Counted from the stretch's first letter, positions 23,994 through 34,585 are shown. The stretch: 64,000 nucleotides of DNA from Leptolyngbyaceae cyanobacterium (GCA_965263355.1 CBDHHL010000056.1:1728001-1792000); one strand, 5' to 3'. Made by a program: numbers and translations. The notes: generated from the sequence alone by a model not told the origin.

Positions 23994-25385
23994 ATGACAT
24001 CGATCCATCTAAAATCCTTTACAGGCCTACTAGCATGTACCCTTAGCTTCAGTTTGCTCGGTACAGAATTGTTGACTGTGGGCTATGTCCCAGCTGTAGC
24101 CCAGGCCCAGGGGTTTGATGAAGATATAAGCGTACGTGTTTATCAGCAGGCTAGTCCAGCCGTTGTTGCCATTGATGCAGGTAGCAGTACAGGCAGTGGC
24201 AGCATTATTACAACCGCTGGCTTGGTATTGACCAATGCCCATGTCATCGGTGATGCCAATCAGGTAACCGTGCGTTTGGCAGATGGTCGTGAGTTTTCTG
24301 GGCAAGTTGTTGGCTATGCCGATGAGAATTTAGATCTGGCAGCCATACAAATTGACGGTGGAGATACGGTTTTTCCGGTTATTCCCCTAGCCAATAGCAG
24401 CACGCAGGTGGGACAACAGGCATTTGCCATCGGCAATCCTTTTGGGCTCCAAGGAACCTTTACCGTGGGTATTGTCAGTCGTATCGACTCGGAACGTGGG
24501 TTAATTCAGACGGATGCAGCAATTAATCCGGGAAATTCAGGTGGTCCCTTGCTCAATAGAAATGGTGAACTGATTGGTGTCAATACATCTATTTTTACAA
24601 CCGGCGAAAGCGCAGGCAGTATTGGCATTGGGTTTGCGATCGCCACACCTCAAATTAGGCCTTTTATTACTGCTGTACAAAACGGGACAGCCAATACAAC
24701 AGCATCCCGTCGGGCCCAAATAACCCGCGAACCATTACCGATTGCCATTGATGGTGGCACTGTCCGTGATCGCCTTGACAGCAATAGCAATCTACTACCT
24801 GACAACAGCTACTTCAACATTTACACCTTTGAAGGTAAGGCAGGTCAGCGTATTCGTATTGCTATGAATAGCAACCAACTTGACTCTTATCTACTGCTTT
24901 ACGGTCCGAACCAAGAATATTTAGGTGAAAATGATGACATTGGCAATAGCCGCAATGCCAGCCTGGAAGTTACCTTACCCAATAACGGAACCTACTTTGT
25001 TTTTGCTAATTCCTATGGCGCTAGTGAACAAGGCCCTTACGAACTGAGTATCAATAGCCTAGATAGCAGCAGCTACCTACTAAGCGAAAGCGGTACCCTC
25101 AGCCATCAAGATGGCCGTCTCACCGATAACAGCCTCTACGATGAATATTCCTTTGTAGGACAGCAGGGTCAAACTGTCATTATCAGACTCAACAGTCAGG
25201 ATTTTGATGCTTATCTATTGTTAATCGATAATCAGGGTAATAAGATTGCTGAAAATGATGACAGGGCTCAAAATGACAGCAATGCAACCATCCGGATAGA
25301 ATTGCCCTACACCGGTGAATATCGAGTTATTGTCAATGCCTATGACCAAAGAGGCCAGGGAGATTATCAAATGATTATTCAATAA
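23994..25385 (+). CDS. Secreted trypsin-like (HtrA-type) serine protease with two PPC-like C-terminal domains
   Basis: Signal peptide, TNAHV, DLA, GNSGG triad; two repeats of Y.F.G..GQ...I...S...D.YL.L...ENDD. Confidence 0.88.
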   Translation: MTSIHLKSFTGLLACTLSFSLLGTELLTVGYVPAVAQAQGFDEDISVRVYQQASPAVVAIDAGSSTGSGSIITTAGLVLTNAHVIGDANQVTVRLADGREFSGQVVGYADENLDLAAIQIDGGDTVFPVIPLANSSTQVGQQAFAIGNPFGLQGTFTVGIVSRIDSERGLIQTDAAINPGNSGGPLLNRNGELIGVNTSIFTTGESAGSIGIGFAIATPQIRPFITAVQNGTANTTASRRAQITREPLPIAIDGGTVRDRLDSNSNLLPDNSYFNIYTFEGKAGQRIRIAMNSNQLDSYLLLYGPNQEYLGENDDIGNSRNASLEVTLPNNGTYFVFANSYGASEQGPYELSINSLDSSSYLLSESGTLSHQDGRLTDNSLYDEYSFVGQQGQTVIIRLNSQDFDAYLLLIDNQGNKIAENDDRAQNDSNATIRIELPYTGEYRVIVNAYDQRGQGDYQMIIQ

Positions 25386-25490
25386 GTGGTAGTCTAGTCA
25401 CTCATCTGAAACAGAGTAACGGCCCAAAGCCATGCGCCTCGCTTACCACACCTCACGGCCCTACCCTAAATTTTGAGCTTGGATACAGCA

Positions 25491-25688
25491 TTAGGGTAAT
25501 CCTAACCATGTAAAGAGATCCTGACGCGTAAAAAATTCAAGCAGCAGCAGAGCCAAAAAGCCTACCATTGCAAAACGACCATTGATACGCTCAGCATAGG
25601 TGTTCCAACCGAAACTCGGTACATCATCTAAGGATGGCTCTGTTGGCGATTGTGATGTACTTGGCTCTAGTGAATCAGACTTAGGCAT
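25491..25688 (-). CDS. High-light-inducible protein (Hli/Scp)
   Basis: FGWNTYAERINGRFAMVGF (ExxNxR chlorophyll motif); TATAAT on the minus strand at 25828-25833. Confidence 0.92.
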   Translation of the reverse strand: MPKSDSLEPSTSQSPTEPSLDDVPSFGWNTYAERINGRFAMVGFLALLLLEFFTRQDLFTWLGLP

Positions 25689-25706
25689 ATGACTATTAGA
25701 AAAATA

Positions 25707-25775
25707 AAATACCCTGTTCACGTCCAAATCGGTTATTTGTTCGTAGAACAACCTATGGATTTGAACTTGGACGTG
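25707..25775 (-). promoter_or_regulatory. Copy 3 of the structured element, in the hli 5' leader
   Basis: Minus strand CACGTCCAAGTTCAAATCC...ATTTGGACGTGAACAGGGTATTT. Confidence 0.7.
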
Positions 25776-26519
25776 GTGTCAATCCAGAAAACGAAGGCCT
25801 AACCCCGTCAACAAGCTTGGCAAAACGATTATAGCTATGACTGTTAATTAAAAAGATCAAGCCGTTTAATGTTTTTGCCAATATGGCTCTACTTAACAGA
25901 TTACTTCATGTCAATCATCAATAACCATTGAGGATTTGATTGAGCCTGTCGCTAATTTTAGCCTATCTATTTCATTTTCTTGGCACATTTTGTTCGAAGA
26001 ACCTTTAGTAATCAGAGGGATTAGATTCTCAGCCATCACCAATTAAATTACAGCTTCTAGGCTTTATTTCTATCCTTAGCAAAATCCACTCAAAACCTTA
26101 GCAAAATTCAGATTAAAACTATTCAGATACTATTGCTCTTAGCTTAATATACTTTTTTTACGTAGAATGAACACTCTTTAGAGCGAGGTAGTTTAAGACT
26201 TTATGCTTAGAGCCATCCTCAATTAAAATCCAAAGAATAGGCAATAAGGATAATTCTTTACCTTTAACAGAGTTTACATATTAGGAATGTACAAGTATTA
26301 GGGTAAGCTAATTTTGCAAGAAAAAACTTAGAGTTTTGACTTAGACAGAGGCTAGGGTTAAATACTCCTAGATAAACAGGTTTTTCGTCTGTTATAATCA
26401 GGTCCTCTCGTAAAAAACGTGTTTCACACAGGTCAGAAATCGAGAGCTATCGAGTCCCGGTTTCAGAAATTTGCTTCCATTGCCTCTTTCTAGACCTAAC
26501 CACTAAATTTCCAAATCCA

Positions 26520-26912
26520 ATGGCTGATACCAAAACCACGCCACTGACAGGTAAAGCACTGCTTCAGAAAATGAAGGAGATAACGCATTTACCAAAGCGA
26601 GAAAAAGCTAAGGAATGCGGATATTACAGCATTACTAAAGATAAGCAAGTCAGGGTAAATTTAACTGATTTTTATGATGCCCTACTGGCAGCTAGAGGCA
26701 TTCCTTTAGGGCCAGAAAGTACTAAGGATGGTCGTGGACGTGAGCCTACTTATCGCGTTAGTGTTCATAAGAATGGTCAAATTGTTATTGGTTCTACTTA
26801 CACTCAAGAAATGGGGCTTAAGCCAGGGGATGAGTTTGAAATTAAACTAGGCTATAAGCATATCCACTTGATTCAGTTGGGTGATAATAAAGAGCCAGAT
26901 GAGGGAGATTGA
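26520..26912 (+). CDS. Cyanobacterial AbrB-like regulator (cyAbrB, Sll0359/CalA type)
   Basis: PLTGKALLQK..AKECGYY, GRGREPTYRVSVHKNGQIVIGSTYT; TGnTATAAT upstream. Confidence 0.92.
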   Translation: MADTKTTPLTGKALLQKMKEITHLPKREKAKECGYYSITKDKQVRVNLTDFYDALLAARGIPLGPESTKDGRGREPTYRVSVHKNGQIVIGSTYTQEMGLKPGDEFEIKLGYKHIHLIQLGDNKEPDEGD

Positions 26913-27024
26913 GTATCTGCCCAAGAGGACTATTTAAGTCCATACAACCATTTAGATAAGACCTGTGAGTTAGCAATTGTAAACCTGCTTTAGGCTATTT
27001 CATAGCCGTTAAATGTTTAGTTAT

Positions 27025-27059
27025 AAAAGGGACTTAGGATATCCTAGGTCCCTTTTTTT
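27025..27059. terminator. Bidirectional terminator
   Basis: AAAAGGGACTTAGGATATCCTAGGTCCCTTTTTTT between convergent genes. Confidence 0.8.
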
Positions 27060-27156
27060 GCTTCAGTATTTCAATACTATTGCAACGGTACTAAAGCGAA
27101 TGTAGCTTCTTTAGTAATTCTGTTTTTAACGGGTTAACTTGAGGCATACTCGAAGC

Positions 27157-30100
27157 TTAAGCTAAGGTTTCTAACTGAGCAATTAGTGGCTCTTCTAAGG
27201 TTTGTACCTTGTCGCTCAATAAGCGACTAATATAGCTACGGAGCTGCTCAGCCTGAGCCTCGTTGGGAATATAGATATGTCCACCTGACTCAGTGACAGT
27301 CTTGCTAAATAAGGGAGTTTGTAGCAGCGACCGATAGATAGGCAGAACGGTGGTGCGATCGCAAATCAGCCCACGATCAGCAGCTGTTGGCACTAGACCA
27401 GGGGGTAGATGCCCTTCTAACAGAGCTAAAATATGTAAGTGGCAGGCCTGGGTGTTGATCCCACGCTGTTCCAGCGAGTGCATGATTGCCCCGACTGGCA
27501 GCGGCTGTTGAGGAAATACCCGCAACAACTCCATCAGCAAGAAATAGTCACTATACTGTTGCCGAGTCACATTGAGAACCTGGGGATAGCGGGCCAAATT
27601 AACCAAGCCATAGGCAACCCGGCTACAGCTATGGGGCAACTCGCTAGCATAGGTATCTTGAATGATGGTGGCATTGGGAAATTTTTGACGTAGCCAACGA
27701 GCAATGGCAGGCAAAGAAGCCGAACCACCGGTACAAATCACCTGCTTAATCGCTTGGGTATCAATGGTGTGATGGCTCAACAGCACATTTAAGTAACGAT
27801 TAATACGCTGAATGTAAGGCAGAAAAATGAGGTTTTCTAGATAACGCCGTTTAACCAGCCAGCATTGACCAGCCAGCGTTATCTGCATTTGATTTTGCTG
27901 CTGTAAAGCAAGCTTAAGGTGACGGGCCGCCGCCAATAAACTCTGACCCAAACTAGACCCCAGTAGTCGCTGTTGTAGCTGGTAGCGCTGGCTCCAATCT
28001 ACATGGCCAACAGTCGGTAGCGTAAGGCCTTGTTGCAGCTGCGACCAATCAGCATCCGCCAACGCCAAGTGTCCCTGCCAATCCCAGTGAATACTGGTAT
28101 CTGCATCAGACAGCGGTCGACGTCGTTCCTCTGGCAACAAAAGCTGACACACAATATCTTGGTCAAGGGCGTCACCAGCATAGGCAAACCCACGCAGGGC
28201 AAAATCTGCGTAGTTTAGGCTGGATAGATCCTTGGGTAAATTAACCAGGCCTAACTCAGTCATCACTGCACCACCGCTGATGACCACAGTTCCTTCTTGC
28301 CACTGACAGTTGTACAAACTGGGTTGTCGAGATAACGAAACCGTATCTGCTAACGATATATCGTTGGGATCAGGGAGGCCGGATAAAATGGTTGCGATCG
28401 CATCTTCCACAAACAAAATTTGCTCTGGTCGGTCAATTAAACCGGCTGCTAGCACTGCTTCTCGCAGATTAAAACTATAGGTATCTGGCCAGTTAGTGGG
28501 ATATCCCACAATCACTCCCTGCAAGTTATCCCAAATTTGCTTGAGGCCCTTCCCCTCTAAGCCAACGGCCTGTCCACGGTCCAACAAATACTTCAGTAAC
28601 GCCACCATCGCCTGTAAAACTTGTAGCATTGGTAACTCTACTGTGTTTGACCAGCGCAACCATGGCTCCGAATCAGGCAAGGTTTGCCCAGAGCCCACTG
28701 CCACCTTAAGTAGAAGTTTGAGCCGATTAACACCGACCAACTCCGGCGTCTTTGAACCAAACGCATCTAGCAAATCCTCAAGATCGCCTAGGGCATCATA
28801 GCCAACGGCTACGGTATCTTGGGCCACTGTGATAACGGCTAGGGCAGGCAGCCGAAAATGCTTAGTCTCATCTGTCTCTATTTGCCAATAGAGGGGATAC
28901 ACTTGGCCAGTACGACGATTCATTAGTACCGCCGATAGGCCGGTTGAACCCACATCTAATCCAAGAAACCAATCCCCTTCAATATCAACCTCAGGTTCCA
29001 TGACAGGGGGCATGGTTGTCGGCGTAGCAGGAGCTGCAACAGTCTCCGTACGCGCACGCCCAGTTTGTGCATCGCTGCTCACATCTGCAATCGGTTCAAC
29101 AGCGGGCACAACAATATCAGGCATTGTTGACGGTAAATCTAATTCGGGAATAAGAGCTTCAGGCTCAGTGCCCAATCCTTCAGAAGATTCTGTTATGTCT
29201 AATCCCAATGCAGCCAGAGGGTCCGATATCTGAACATCATCAGTATAATTGGGCACCTCCTGATCGAGTGCTTCCAACTCAGGCACGGACGATTGCCCAA
29301 AAAGCTCATCCAAATCGCCTAAGTCAATAGTGTCCTCTACTGCCTCACTACTTGGCTGAGAGAGTTCGTCTAAAACCAGAAAATCCTCCAGTTCATCCAG
29401 TTCATCTGTCGTTTCAGTTACTGAATCTGCATCAAGTGGAATGTCCACAAGGGGGATGTCTGACGACTCATCATCAGCCTGATCTAACTGTTCTAAAGTA
29501 TCTAACTGCTCCAAAGTATATGGCTCATCAGACATTTCGGAAATTTGAGCAGACAGAGACTGGGGCCGTTCATTTTCAGCCATTGTCTGCCAAAAGGCCG
29601 CTTGTTCCGCCTGAAGAAAATCTTCTGCTTCAGGTGAGTCTTCTTCAAGATCATCAAGTAAAAAATCTAGCGGTACATCTGGCAATGATGCTGATTCCAG
29701 TTGCGGCTCATCCTCCTCTATGGAGGGAATCTCAAGGGTTTCTTCTGGATCAATCACAGGTTCTTCTAAATCAGATAGAAACGGACCAACCATCTCTTCT
29801 GTTGATACCTGAGATAAAGAATTAGACTGCTCACTAAGACCACCTAATTCATCGGCAAGGGAGTCACTTAACCCATCATCAAACTCATCAGTGAGTGGCT
29901 CGTTCATGAGTTCAGGCAGGTCTAGATCTGCGGTCTCCAGATCTGCATCTGTTAGAGATGATGAGGTGATAATAGCCACATCAAGTTCATCCGCAGAGGG
30001 ATCATCAATGGCAACAGTATCGGCAGCAAAGCCTTCAAAGAGATCATGCTCTGTACTCGCTAGATCCAGGTCTGCATTGTCTGTCCTGGGCTGCTGCCAT

Positions 30101-32382
30101 AAAAGATCCGCTATTTCGTCACGGCTTTCCTCAACATCATTAGCACGGCTTTCCTTAATGTCACTAGCGCTGGCCTCAATTTCCCCTAAGCCTTCAGCAA
30201 CAATAGGCTCGGCACCTTCTGCATCAAGATCCAAATCCTCTAGATTTAAATCCCCAACAATGGTTTCCAAAGTGTCTTGATCTAAGGGGTCAAGGGACTC
30301 ATCTCCCTCTACGCCATAGTCAGCTGGGAACCTATCACCTGCCAGCTTCTGCAAATCTTCATCCAGCTGTTCCACCAGTGGTCCATCATCAAAATCAATT
30401 AACAAACGTTGCTCAGTACCTGATTCCACCAGATTGATCAAATCCTCATCGGCAGCAGCAGGGATATAGACATCGTCCGGGATATTGTCTGTAAAATCGT
30501 CGAGCACCTTAGCCGTTTGCTCATCAGGGAGTAACTCCGATAGCGAGGCAATGGTATCTCCATCAGGCCCTGCATCAATGGGGTCATCTTCAGGCACAAG
30601 ACTGTCGCCAAACAGGGTTTCGACGGTCGCTTCTGGAAGTTCTTCTTCTGTCACAGAGTCTGCGATCGCAGACTGCTCAAATAACCAGTCATCAGCGACT
30701 TGGTTGGCATCAGCTAGATCTACAGCAACGGTCGGGCCAGTATCGAGGGAAGCATCAGCGGTTGTGCCCTCTTCTGGAAACAACACCTCGGTTAATAAAT
30801 CAACAGTTTCTCCCTCCGCTGCCTCTACCCCTAATCCCAAGTCAGAATCTATATCGCCTACATCAAAACTAAAGAGTTCGTTCTCAGACTCTATCTGGGG
30901 TAGCCTGCCTTGCTCGGCAACATCTTCTGAGGCCTCTGATGTTCCACCCATATGCTGACTACTCTCTGCTCCTGTCGCCAGCAGGCCAAGACTTTCATCA
31001 ATGTCTTCGAAACCTAAGCCTGGATTCAATGACGTCGAGGCTTCTACCTCTAAATTGACAGTGACGTCTGTTGAATTCTCATCGTCGAATAACGAAAAAT
31101 CAGTGGAGCTGACACCATCACTGTCACTAGTGACTAATAATTCCTCAGGTATATCGTCATTCTCAGAATTGTTGGATGCAGTTACTTCCTCCAGCAGATC
31201 TAAATCAAAGGCGTCATCGGTTTGAATAGCTGTGATTTCTTCCTCTAGCTCAATTTCAAGTCCCTGGCTGAAATCACCATCGATTTGGATAACAGTAGTA
31301 TCCTCATCGGAGAGCGCATCCTCTAGCTGCTCTAAGTCAATCAGCTCATCGGTTTGGATAACGGTAATATCCTCATCTGGTGAGATCTCCTCCTCTAACA
31401 AAGTTAAGTCAGGATCAATGGCTGACGTATCAGCCCCATCATCTCCAAGACTTTCCTCTAAGGCCAAATTCTCCAAAGCTTGATCCAATTCATCCAATTG
31501 GATGGCATTCAAGTCAACTTCTGTGGTGGCAACACTCGGTTGCACTGCCTGTTTAACCACCTGCTCTAAATCACCTGTGAGATATAAAGACGCATCCTGC
31601 CCTAACTGTTGAGCAAGATGATTAATAAATGCATGAAAAATAACTTCACCTTGACGGCCTAAGCCGTGCATTTGGTTCAGCCCCTCTTCCAACGAATCGC
31701 GATAGCTATCAACACTATTTTGTAATGAATCAAATACTGCTGTTAAGGTGCTGTCCAATTTTAGCAACAGCTGGTCTGATTGAGCTTGCAGTAATCGCAC
31801 CTGCTCTAATCGTTGCTGTGACAGTAAGGGGGATGGATTATCAGCAGCAGATAGCTGTTCGATGGCCGCCGTCTCCATAGCCGCAAAATTCTGCACCATT
31901 TGCGCCGACAGCTGCTCTTGTAGACGTTGCATCAAGGTCTCAAGAAACGCATTAATCTGTTGCTCAGACTGCAATGGTGTAGCCCCCCGTTGAGCCTCCA
32001 GGACATTAACCTCTGCCTGCAAGCTATCGCGCTTTTGTTGCAGTGTCTCCAACTCCTGACGCATCGGCCTCAGGGAATTTTCTCTGAGATACTGCATTTC
32101 TACCAGCAACCCCTGCAATACCTGGGACGCCGATTCTTCCATATCATCAGTTGTCGACTGAGAAGCCACAACCTTCCCTGTTCCTGGGTCGATCGGCCCC
32201 CATCCCCCTGGAGACTCAAACAATTTGTCCAGGGATTGCAAATAGCTAAATAGCTTACTCAACAGTTGGCGCTGTCGATCAGCTTCCCTCGACCAACCCA
32301 ACGGCAAACGAGCAGCTGGTTTAGCTAGGGTCGCTTCAATTTCAGCAATTAGGCGTTGGATTTGATCCTTTTGAGAAGTCAC
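27157..32382 (-). CDS. Giant protein: N-terminal coiled coil, long acidic low-complexity region, C-terminal actin/Hsp70-like domain (probable GTG start; ORF open to 32412)
   Basis: WFLGLDVGSTGLSAV (phosphate-1), VIVGYP, FVEDAIA, QVICTGGSASLPAI (adenosine motif). Confidence 0.8.
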   Translation of the reverse strand: MTSQKDQIQRLIAEIEATLAKPAARLPLGWSREADRQRQLLSKLFSYLQSLDKLFESPGGWGPIDPGTGKVVASQSTTDDMEESASQVLQGLLVEMQYLRENSLRPMRQELETLQQKRDSLQAEVNVLEAQRGATPLQSEQQINAFLETLMQRLQEQLSAQMVQNFAAMETAAIEQLSAADNPSPLLSQQRLEQVRLLQAQSDQLLLKLDSTLTAVFDSLQNSVDSYRDSLEEGLNQMHGLGRQGEVIFHAFINHLAQQLGQDASLYLTGDLEQVVKQAVQPSVATTEVDLNAIQLDELDQALENLALEESLGDDGADTSAIDPDLTLLEEEISPDEDITVIQTDELIDLEQLEDALSDEDTTVIQIDGDFSQGLEIELEEEITAIQTDDAFDLDLLEEVTASNNSENDDIPEELLVTSDSDGVSSTDFSLFDDENSTDVTVNLEVEASTSLNPGLGFEDIDESLGLLATGAESSQHMGGTSEASEDVAEQGRLPQIESENELFSFDVGDIDSDLGLGVEAAEGETVDLLTEVLFPEEGTTADASLDTGPTVAVDLADANQVADDWLFEQSAIADSVTEEELPEATVETLFGDSLVPEDDPIDAGPDGDTIASLSELLPDEQTAKVLDDFTDNIPDDVYIPAAADEDLINLVESGTEQRLLIDFDDGPLVEQLDEDLQKLAGDRFPADYGVEGDESLDPLDQDTLETIVGDLNLEDLDLDAEGAEPIVAEGLGEIEASASDIKESRANDVEESRDEIADLLWQQPRTDNADLDLASTEHDLFEGFAADTVAIDDPSADELDVAIITSSSLTDADLETADLDLPELMNEPLTDEFDDGLSDSLADELGGLSEQSNSLSQVSTEEMVGPFLSDLEEPVIDPEETLEIPSIEEDEPQLESASLPDVPLDFLLDDLEEDSPEAEDFLQAEQAAFWQTMAENERPQSLSAQISEMSDEPYTLEQLDTLEQLDQADDESSDIPLVDIPLDADSVTETTDELDELEDFLVLDELSQPSSEAVEDTIDLGDLDELFGQSSVPELEALDQEVPNYTDDVQISDPLAALGLDITESSEGLGTEPEALIPELDLPSTMPDIVVPAVEPIADVSSDAQTGRARTETVAAPATPTTMPPVMEPEVDIEGDWFLGLDVGSTGLSAVLMNRRTGQVYPLYWQIETDETKHFRLPALAVITVAQDTVAVGYDALGDLEDLLDAFGSKTPELVGVNRLKLLLKVAVGSGQTLPDSEPWLRWSNTVELPMLQVLQAMVALLKYLLDRGQAVGLEGKGLKQIWDNLQGVIVGYPTNWPDTYSFNLREAVLAAGLIDRPEQILFVEDAIATILSGLPDPNDISLADTVSLSRQPSLYNCQWQEGTVVISGGAVMTELGLVNLPKDLSSLNYADFALRGFAYAGDALDQDIVCQLLLPEERRRPLSDADTSIHWDWQGHLALADADWSQLQQGLTLPTVGHVDWSQRYQLQQRLLGSSLGQSLLAAARHLKLALQQQNQMQITLAGQCWLVKRRYLENLIFLPYIQRINRYLNVLLSHHTIDTQAIKQVICTGGSASLPAIARWLRQKFPNATIIQDTYASELPHSCSRVAYGLVNLARYPQVLNVTRQQYSDYFLLMELLRVFPQQPLPVGAIMHSLEQRGINTQACHLHILALLEGHLPPGLVPTAADRGLICDRTTVLPIYRSLLQTPLFSKTVTESGGHIYIPNEAQAEQLRSYISRLLSDKVQTLEEPLIAQLETLA

Positions 32383-32997
32383 AGTGCGGCCTTTCAACAA
32401 CGAACTCTGCAAAGTAGAGGATACTTAGCCCAAGCATGGACACAGCACTCCTACCAATGGAATGCCCAAAGTGTAAAGCAGGCTGGCTAAAAAATCACAA
32501 CTTCCTTCTATCTACAAGCATCCATAAAAAAATCCTGATGAAGCTATCAGGGGGCCTGTAAATCAAGATGGCAGTATGACAGCAGATGGAAGCCATCCTA
32601 ATCGATGCAACCAAACCTGATACTTGAGATATGAAGTTAAGTTAACGAAATTTTCAGTGGGGGATGACACAGTCGTGCTGTAACCTGTTCTAGGCAAATC
32701 AGAAACAAACTAAAACCAAACTGATCCTTCATGTTTCAGTGGCTAGCCATTTTAGCGATTAAACTATTTAGGCTATGAATATCTGTAGCTTAAATCAAAC
32801 TTTAGCGTCTGAATCCGGAGAGCTTTAGCATATACTGAACGCTCTTAGATACCATTAGATGGCTGCAGAGTTATGGCGCTTTCTTAAATTTGTAAGGTTT
32901 GCCAAACCCACAAGGTCTTAGCTAGATGATTACACCTGTCAACTGCCTGGCCTCTACCGTTCAACTTTTTTATTGTTATACCTGAGTCCACCCAACC

Positions 32998-33717
32998 GTG
33001 GCTTCCCCCCCTATGGACAGCAAATACGGTGCCCGAGATAATACAGCTGGTGAAAACCTCATCGCAACGGCCCCATTTTTCAAGGAATTACCTGAAGCTA
33101 CGGTTCAACAGGCAACTGCTCAGATTGTCACGCGACGTCACCCTGCAGGGCAAGTTTTGCTATTGGAAAACGACTGGGGTAACTCGGTCTATTTTATTTT
33201 GGATGGATGGGTTAAAATCCGTACCTACAATTTAGACGGTAAGGAAGTAACCCTAAATATTTTGGGCAAAGGGGAGCTATTTGGTGAAATGGCCCCCCTC
33301 GAAGAAGTCCCTCGTTCTACGGATGTGATTACGTTGGCGACCACCATGATTGGTAGCATGCCAGCTCAAGATTTTGTGAGTTTACTCAATAGTGAACCCC
33401 AAGCGGGCATTCGTCTGGCTAAGCTTATGGCGCGACGGTTACGTCAGGTTAATCGACGATTACGATTGAGAGAGTCCGACAGCCAATCTCGTGTGGCTGA
33501 TGTTCTACTTTTTTTAGCCGACGGTCAGGGTACCTTGGGGGCTCAGGGGGTAGAAATCCCTAACCTGCCCCACCGCGAACTTAGCAGTTTGAGTGGATTA
33601 GCAAGAGAAACGGTAACTCGAGTGTTGAGTAAACTAGAAAAGAAAGGGTTAATTACCCGAGAACGAGATGTCATTCGCATTCCATCGATCGATGCCTTAG
33701 ATCGTTTGCTTGTCTAG
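32998..33717 (+). CDS. crp: Crp/Fnr-family regulator (SyCrp1-like cAMP receptor)
   Basis: LFGEMA..PRSTDV and HTH LSGLARETVTRVL. Confidence 0.88.
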   Translation: MASPPMDSKYGARDNTAGENLIATAPFFKELPEATVQQATAQIVTRRHPAGQVLLLENDWGNSVYFILDGWVKIRTYNLDGKEVTLNILGKGELFGEMAPLEEVPRSTDVITLATTMIGSMPAQDFVSLLNSEPQAGIRLAKLMARRLRQVNRRLRLRESDSQSRVADVLLFLADGQGTLGAQGVEIPNLPHRELSSLSGLARETVTRVLSKLEKKGLITRERDVIRIPSIDALDRLLV

Positions 33718-33769
33718 ATATATCGTTCCTTCAATCTTAAAATCTTGGTTAGGGGTAATTCTTAGCACC

Positions 33770-34570
33770 ATGGGGCAACCAGACGACGAGTATCAGACCG
33801 AGACACCATCGTCGAAGTTGTCTAGTAGCAGCGGTTTCAATAACTTTGACGATATTGATTTAAACAGTCCATGGATTGAGGAGGAGGAGGAGCCTGTCCA
33901 ACTGCAAAATAAAACCATAACGGCTCCCAAGAATAAGGGACCTGTTGCGATGGTGGAAACCGCTTTTCTAGCTAGCGCAGCTAGTCTGATGTGGTTGATC
34001 AATTTATATTTTCCGCCTGGACCTTTGTTACGCATTTTGTTTCCAGTTCCCATTGCACTGGTATATCTGCGCTGGAACTATCGTTCTGCTTGGATGACTA
34101 CCCTTGTTTCAGGGTTACTGCTAGCTATCTTGATTGGGCCACCCCGCAGTCTTTTATATGTGATTCCTTACGGTTTGCTTGGTGTCCAGCTGGGATATCA
34201 TTGGCGACGTCAAACCTCTTGGTTGATTTCTTTGCCTGTAGGTGCATTCATCGTGACCTTAGGTATCTTTTTTCGGATCTGGCTGCTGTCATGGATGGCT
34301 GGGGAAGATCTCTGGGGCTACCTTGTTGCCCAGGTGATACAGCTGACGGACTGGCTCACCAATCGCTTGCTAGATTTTGGCCTGCTCGGCTTTGGGGTTA
34401 TTGGGCAGCTGAGTCCTGGGCTGATTCAAACTTTGGCAGTTTCTATGGTTTTTCTGAGCAGTGTTGTCTATTTGTTTACTGTCCACCTGACTGCTTGGAT
34501 CCTATTGGAACGGATGGGTATTCCTATATCATCACCGCCACAGTGGGTCCAGCAGATTCTGGAGGATTAA
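33770..34570 (+). CDS. DUF2232-type membrane protein
   Basis: MVETAFLASAASL, FPVPIALVYLRW; multiple TMs. Confidence 0.8.
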   Translation: MGQPDDEYQTETPSSKLSSSSGFNNFDDIDLNSPWIEEEEEPVQLQNKTITAPKNKGPVAMVETAFLASAASLMWLINLYFPPGPLLRILFPVPIALVYLRWNYRSAWMTTLVSGLLLAILIGPPRSLLYVIPYGLLGVQLGYHWRRQTSWLISLPVGAFIVTLGIFFRIWLLSWMAGEDLWGYLVAQVIQLTDWLTNRLLDFGLLGFGVIGQLSPGLIQTLAVSMVFLSSVVYLFTVHLTAWILLERMGIPISSPPQWVQQILED

Positions 34571-34585
34571 CACACCCCTCGCATT

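Noticed and set aside
29000..31483. Several Ser-rich plus-strand ORFs
   Set aside because: Antisense shadows of the acidic giant protein; the same applies to most short nested ORFs in the track.
32671..32745. GCTGTAACCTGTT similar to the loop of the repeated element
   Set aside because: No GTCCA/TGGAC stem and no downstream AGGTT partner.
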